From: Thermoproteota archaeon
Lineage (GTDB): Archaea; Korarchaeota; JAOZGF01; JAOZFZ01
Length of the DNA stretch: 64,000 nt
Reading direction: 5' to 3'
Assembly (NCBI GenBank): GCA_027492035.1
Contig: JAOZFT010000004.1
Span: 320,001-384,000, forward strand
Position numbers and translations under genes: made by a program. Under the pieces are notes generated by a model. It worked only from the letters and a program-made list of their open reading frames with translations, had not been told where the DNA came from and did no database searches. Of the stretch, positions 59,953 through 64,000 are shown piece after piece (the stretch's first letter is position 1; each line of letters begins with the position of its first letter).

Positions 59953-60300
59953 TTATTTTTTTAACTTTTCCCTCAAGGACTTTATTGTCCCACTTAGTAG
60001 AAGAGGTATTAAGTTTATTCTTTTTCCTTTATAGGAGAAAATTAAGGATAGTACTCCCATTATTTGATATTTATATTTTGCGTTAAATTGAATTACTCCC
60101 AAGTTTTCCAGGTTATTCCATTCAATCAGCCACAAACCGGAGTCAGCTACTTTAATTTCTCCTAATAAATTGATGGCAGCTTCCCAAATTATTTTTTCAA
60201 CTTCTTTTTTAGTAAACTTAACAGGTTCTTGAGTTGCCAACTTGAATGCTAAATACCTCCTTCTTTCTCGGTACTTAATTGGGATTTTTATTTTAGGCAG
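59953..60300 (-). CDS. rnp2: RNase P protein Pop5 (inferred CTG start)
   Basis: In-frame upstream RERRRYLAF, C-terminal SGTIKSL; between rpp30 and psmA. Confidence 0.85.
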   Translation of the reverse strand: MPKIKIPIKYRERRRYLAFKLATQEPVKFTKKEVEKIIWEAAINLLGEIKVADSGLWLIEWNNLENLGVIQFNAKYKYQIMGVLSLIFSYKGKRINLIPLLLSGTIKSLREKLKK

Positions 60301-60310
60301 AAAGAAACAC

Positions 60311-61027
60311 CTAACCGGATTTTTTCTTCGAGTTTTTGCTGATTATTTCAGCTGGGAAGAGGGAAACTGTTTTTTTTGCGTAGTTGTAATCTAAACCTAG
60401 TAAAACAGCCGTGGACATAAATTGCAAGGGTGTTTTCATTTCAATTAAATTTTTTGCATCGGAGGAGAAGATTATCTTGTTACCGTAATGTTTAACTATT
60501 TTCATTTCAAGCATCAGCCTCCTAAGCACAGTAGCTTTTCTCCTAGCCCTTAAGTAACCTAAGAAACTGGTTTTTACTTCGTAGGAGGTATCTCCTTCTA
60601 ACATGAACCTAGAAGTGATTTTGTCAACCATTACCTCTCTTTTCGTTGAAGTAATTGCTAATCCATCAATCAAAGGGGATTTAGCCGCCCATCTGGCAAC
60701 TGTTAAATTTTCTGTGGAAAGTGAAATATAATCGACGTGTCTTCTAACCCTCACCACCTCTCTTTTTGCCTCTTTTAAACTGTTTTCAAATAAGTCTGCT
60801 GCTAAATGGATTCGGTAATTTAAAACCTTTCTTTTGATCTTTATTTCCTTTTGAAGCTCTCCAGCCTTTTTTATGTTATCTTTAGTGACATCTGCTAGGG
60901 CTATGTTTGAAAAACCTAATTTTTTCGCGTTTTCAACAATTTCCTCCACGGTGTTTTCACCTACTGAAAGGTTTGAATGGATGTGTAGATCAATCCATGT
61001 AGATTTAATTGGTAGAGGTGTTTTCAT
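60311..61027 (-). CDS. rnp3: RNase P protein Rpp30
   Basis: PHP-like DLHIHS, AKKLGF, SSDA; conserved position. Confidence 0.88.
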   Translation of the reverse strand: MKTPLPIKSTWIDLHIHSNLSVGENTVEEIVENAKKLGFSNIALADVTKDNIKKAGELQKEIKIKRKVLNYRIHLAADLFENSLKEAKREVVRVRRHVDYISLSTENLTVARWAAKSPLIDGLAITSTKREVMVDKITSRFMLEGDTSYEVKTSFLGYLRARRKATVLRRLMLEMKIVKHYGNKIIFSSDAKNLIEMKTPLQFMSTAVLLGLDYNYAKKTVSLFPAEIISKNSKKKSG

Positions 61028-61455
61028 TTTCTGTTTAACCTCTCTTCAAGTTCTTTCCTGTTCAACTTATCATAGTGTATTTCAATTTTAACAGTATCCC
61101 CCTCCTCTCTTATAACGAATTCTTTTCTAAATGCTTTTTGCTTATCTAAACGTAAAAACAATGTATTATGGCTTACTCTTCTCGAAAGAGTATTTTTTAA
61201 TGTCTTAATACCACTGCTTCCTAATCTCCTGAACAAATTCTCCTCAATAGAAGCTAATTGTTCCTGTTGATCTCTATCCTTTATTTCCACTGTTAGAACT
61301 GTTATTGGGTTATGGTATAACCCGTAAACTCTTTCCTTTTTTGCTGGGAGAGACTGTTGAAAAGGTTGCAAAATATTCTTTAACGCCTGCAAAACTTTGT
61401 TCTCATCCTCTGTTGCATGGACGTGTGCTCTCACTCTAATTTTAACAGGTTTCAA
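61024..61455 (-). CDS. DUF54/COG1325 RNA-binding protein
   Basis: VHATEDENKV, GLYHNPI, LRLDKQKA. Confidence 0.9.
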   Translation of the reverse strand: MKPVKIRVRAHVHATEDENKVLQALKNILQPFQQSLPAKKERVYGLYHNPITVLTVEIKDRDQQEQLASIEENLFRRLGSSGIKTLKNTLSRRVSHNTLFLRLDKQKAFRKEFVIREEGDTVKIEIHYDKLNRKELEERLNRK

Positions 61456-61463
61456 TTTAGCTC

Positions 61464-62048
61464 TTACTTCCCTTTATGGCTGTGGCTTCTTGTGCTAGGT
61501 CTTATTTTCTCGCTTCCTTTCCCCTTCCTCCTTAACCCCCTCATTTTCTTGCCTGCGCTAGTCAATCCTCTGTACACTCTCCCCTTGTGGCAAGGTCTAT
61601 TTATCCAATTAAAGCCTTTCTTACTTTTTATTACTGGATGATGAGGGTCTATGAGTATAACTTCATAGTACTTGTATTGGCCATCCTCACCAACCCAGTA
61701 GCTGTTTAACACTTCCAGATTGGGGTACTTTCTATTGGCTTTTTCTTCCGCTATCATTGCTAAGTTTTTCTTCGGCTTTATTTGTTTTATACCCATTCTT
61801 TTATTTTTTCTCCCCATTCTTGGCCTTGCTTTGCGCAGGTTGCCACGTCTAACCCGGACTCTCACTACCACTATTCCTTGAATGCTTTTGTATCCAAGTC
61901 TTCTCGCCCTGTCTATTCTTGTAGGCTTATCTAGCCGAGTAACTACAGGCTCTTTTCTCCATGCCCTAACTCTCTCTTTATAAAGATTTATCATAGGTTC
62001 TTCTTTGAAATTTTTCCATGCTTCATTTAAGTAACTATAGAAACCCAC
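61464..62048 (-). CDS. rpl15e: Ribosomal protein L15e
   Basis: [33 protein letters not shown]. Confidence 0.97.
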   Translation of the reverse strand: MGFYSYLNEAWKNFKEEPMINLYKERVRAWRKEPVVTRLDKPTRIDRARRLGYKSIQGIVVVRVRVRRGNLRKARPRMGRKNKRMGIKQIKPKKNLAMIAEEKANRKYPNLEVLNSYWVGEDGQYKYYEVILIDPHHPVIKSKKGFNWINRPCHKGRVYRGLTSAGKKMRGLRRKGKGSEKIRPSTRSHSHKGK

Positions 62049-62204
62049 TTTTCCTCTCCTCTTTTCTTTTAGTGAAACTTTTATTGCTCTGAATTTTTCC
62101 TTTCTTCTCCTCCATCACTTTAAAGGAGAAACTTTTTCAATAATGTTGCCTCCTCTTCTAAATATAAATTTTTTTGTTAAGGAAATGAAAAGGGGAGGTA
62201 ATTA

Positions 62205-63410
62205 ATGTTAGTGGGTTTATGTGGCAAAACAAACGTGGGAAAAACCACTTTTTTTAATGCTTTAACACTCGCAAATGCAAAGGTGGCTCCCCATCCATTC
62301 ACCACCATTAACGCAAATGAGGGGGTGGGGTATGTAAAAATAAAGTGCGTATGTAAAGAGTATGGTGTGAAATGTAACCCAAAAACAGGTTTCTGCTTAA
62401 ATAATTACAGGTTTATCCCTGTTAAAATCCTCGACGTGGCAGGGTTAGTAAGGGATGCTCATAAGGGCAGGGGATTGGGAAACAAGTTTCTTGATGACCT
62501 TCGAAAAGCTGACGTGAACATTTTAGTGGTGGATGCATCTGGCCGAACCGATGAAGAAGGAAAACCTTGTAAAAAAGGAACTTATGATCCTATTGAAGAT
62601 GTAAACTTAGTAATGAATGAGTTCACCTTCTGGATTAGGGATTTACTGATTAAAAACTGGAGGAAAATACTTGGGAAACTGCTTAAAGACCCAACTAAAT
62701 TTGAAGAAATCCTGTTACAGGAACTTTCAGGTTTAGGGTTGAAACGCGCCTCGCTTAAATCTAGTTTAGATGAAACAGGTTTAAGAAATAAGAAACCTAG
62801 GGACTGGACCTCCCAAGATCTAATGAATTTTGCACGGAAACTACTTGAACACGGGAAGCCTTTCATCGTAGCAGCTAACAAAATCGATGTGGAAAACTCC
62901 AGTGTGAACGTGGAAAAAATAATGGATAAAGGGTACACTGTCATCCCCACCTCAGCCGAAGCTGAGTTAGCTTTGAGAAAAGCCTCGGAGAAAGGGATAA
63001 TTTCCTATGTTCCAGGTGAGGAAAAGTTTAAGTTAATTAAACAAGAAGTTCCTACTGAAATAAAGAAAGCGTTAGAGTTGATAGATAAGAGGGTGCTGAG
63101 GAAATGGGGCAGTACAGGTGTTCAACAATGTTTAAACAAGGCAGTGTTTGAAACAGCCCACTACATAGCAATTTTTCCTGTAGAAAACGAAAAAACTTTA
63201 ACAGATCATCAAGGTAATGTTTTACCTGATGTATACTTGGTTCCAAAAGGTACAACAGTGAAACAGTTCGCAGGGTTAATCCATACTGACTTAGAAAAAA
63301 CGTTCCTTTTCGCTTTGCTGGTCAATGAGAATAACAAAAGAGTAGGAGCTGACTACGCTTTAAAGCACCGGGATATAGTAAAAATTGTCTCAGCTAAAGG
63401 GAGAAAATAG
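62205..63410 (+). CDS. ychF: YchF/Ola1 ATPase
   Basis: [32 protein letters not shown] domain. Confidence 0.95.
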   Translation: MLVGLCGKTNVGKTTFFNALTLANAKVAPHPFTTINANEGVGYVKIKCVCKEYGVKCNPKTGFCLNNYRFIPVKILDVAGLVRDAHKGRGLGNKFLDDLRKADVNILVVDASGRTDEEGKPCKKGTYDPIEDVNLVMNEFTFWIRDLLIKNWRKILGKLLKDPTKFEEILLQELSGLGLKRASLKSSLDETGLRNKKPRDWTSQDLMNFARKLLEHGKPFIVAANKIDVENSSVNVEKIMDKGYTVIPTSAEAELALRKASEKGIISYVPGEEKFKLIKQEVPTEIKKALELIDKRVLRKWGSTGVQQCLNKAVFETAHYIAIFPVENEKTLTDHQGNVLPDVYLVPKGTTVKQFAGLIHTDLEKTFLFALLVNENNKRVGADYALKHRDIVKIVSAKGRK

Positions 63411-63572
63411 ACTAAAAACTTTTCAGTTTTTCACAACTCTCTCTTTCCCTCGTAAATGAAGAACAAAGTTTAAAAGTGGAGAAGCTCTCTTTTTTAATCG
63501 TTCCCCCCATTTCCAAAAAGTTTGTTTAATTTATAAAGATTGCCTTCAAAACCTGAAACTTTCCTTGTGTGA

Positions 63573-64000
63573 ATGGGAATGACATCGGAGAAGAAATATT
63601 CCTTCTGGCTAGATAAAATAGCTGATGACATAATAACTAAAAGACATGACATTACTAGACTTAAAGTTTTACGGGTTGAATGTGGAATAGGAGCTTCAGG
63701 AATCCCTCACATAGGAAGTGTAAGCGATGCTTTGAGATCTTATGGTGTAAAACTGGCTTTGGAGGATAAAGGATACAAGTCTGAGTTGATAGTTTATGCT
63801 GATGATAGAGATGGGTTAAGGAAGGTTCCTTCTGGTTTGCCTTCCTCCCTAAACAAATATTTAGGTTTTCCAGTTACAGACATTCCTGACCCTTTCCATT
63901 GCCACGATTCCTTCGGGGAACATATAGAGAGTTTATTCTTGGATGCACTGGACAAGTTAGGTATAGAATATATCTTCAAGTCTGGGACAGCTGTTTACAA
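63573..64000 (+). CDS. lysS: Class I lysyl-tRNA synthetase, 5' part (runs off window end)
   Basis: FWLDKIA...VECGIGASGIPHIGS...DDRDGLRKVP...IPDPFHCH. Confidence 0.93.
   Translation, partial: MGMTSEKKYSFWLDKIADDIITKRHDITRLKVLRVECGIGASGIPHIGSVSDALRSYGVKLALEDKGYKSELIVYADDRDGLRKVPSGLPSSLNKYLGFPVTDIPDPFHCHDSFGEHIESLFLDALDKLGIEYIFKSGTAVY

Overview
Core-genome window of an AT-rich archaeon, probably thermophilic and TACK/Asgard-adjacent; the exact lineage cannot be fixed by eye. It holds the 16S gene and 5' part of 23S (minus strand, no tRNA-Ala in the spacer), an unlinked 5S, SRP RNA and 12 tRNA genes. Protein genes include cdc6, PolD DP1, the PCNA-priL-priS-GINS-L44e-S27e-aIF2a-nop10 operon, the S19e...pfdA and ftsZ-secE-spt5-L11-L1-P0-P1 clusters, the exosome/proteasome/RNase P superoperon, a Methanococcales/Thermococcales-type S-layer gene and other surface proteins. 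The main signal is in the tRNAs. By manual folding, 11 of 12 carry introns (15 introns, 10 at non-canonical sites, one tRNA-Met with three). The canonical-site introns include 8- and 10-nt micro-introns with no room for a normal bulge-helix-bulge (BHB). Both tRNA-Gly genes encode C33 instead of the near-universal U33. Also seen: a degenerate TtuA/Ncs6 paralogue, an RPA14-like gene heading the PCNA operon, a likely CTG start for Pop5 among many TTG/GTG starts, and decayed tyrosine-recombinase and TnpB relics that the ORF track misses. All calls come from motif recognition; no searches were run.
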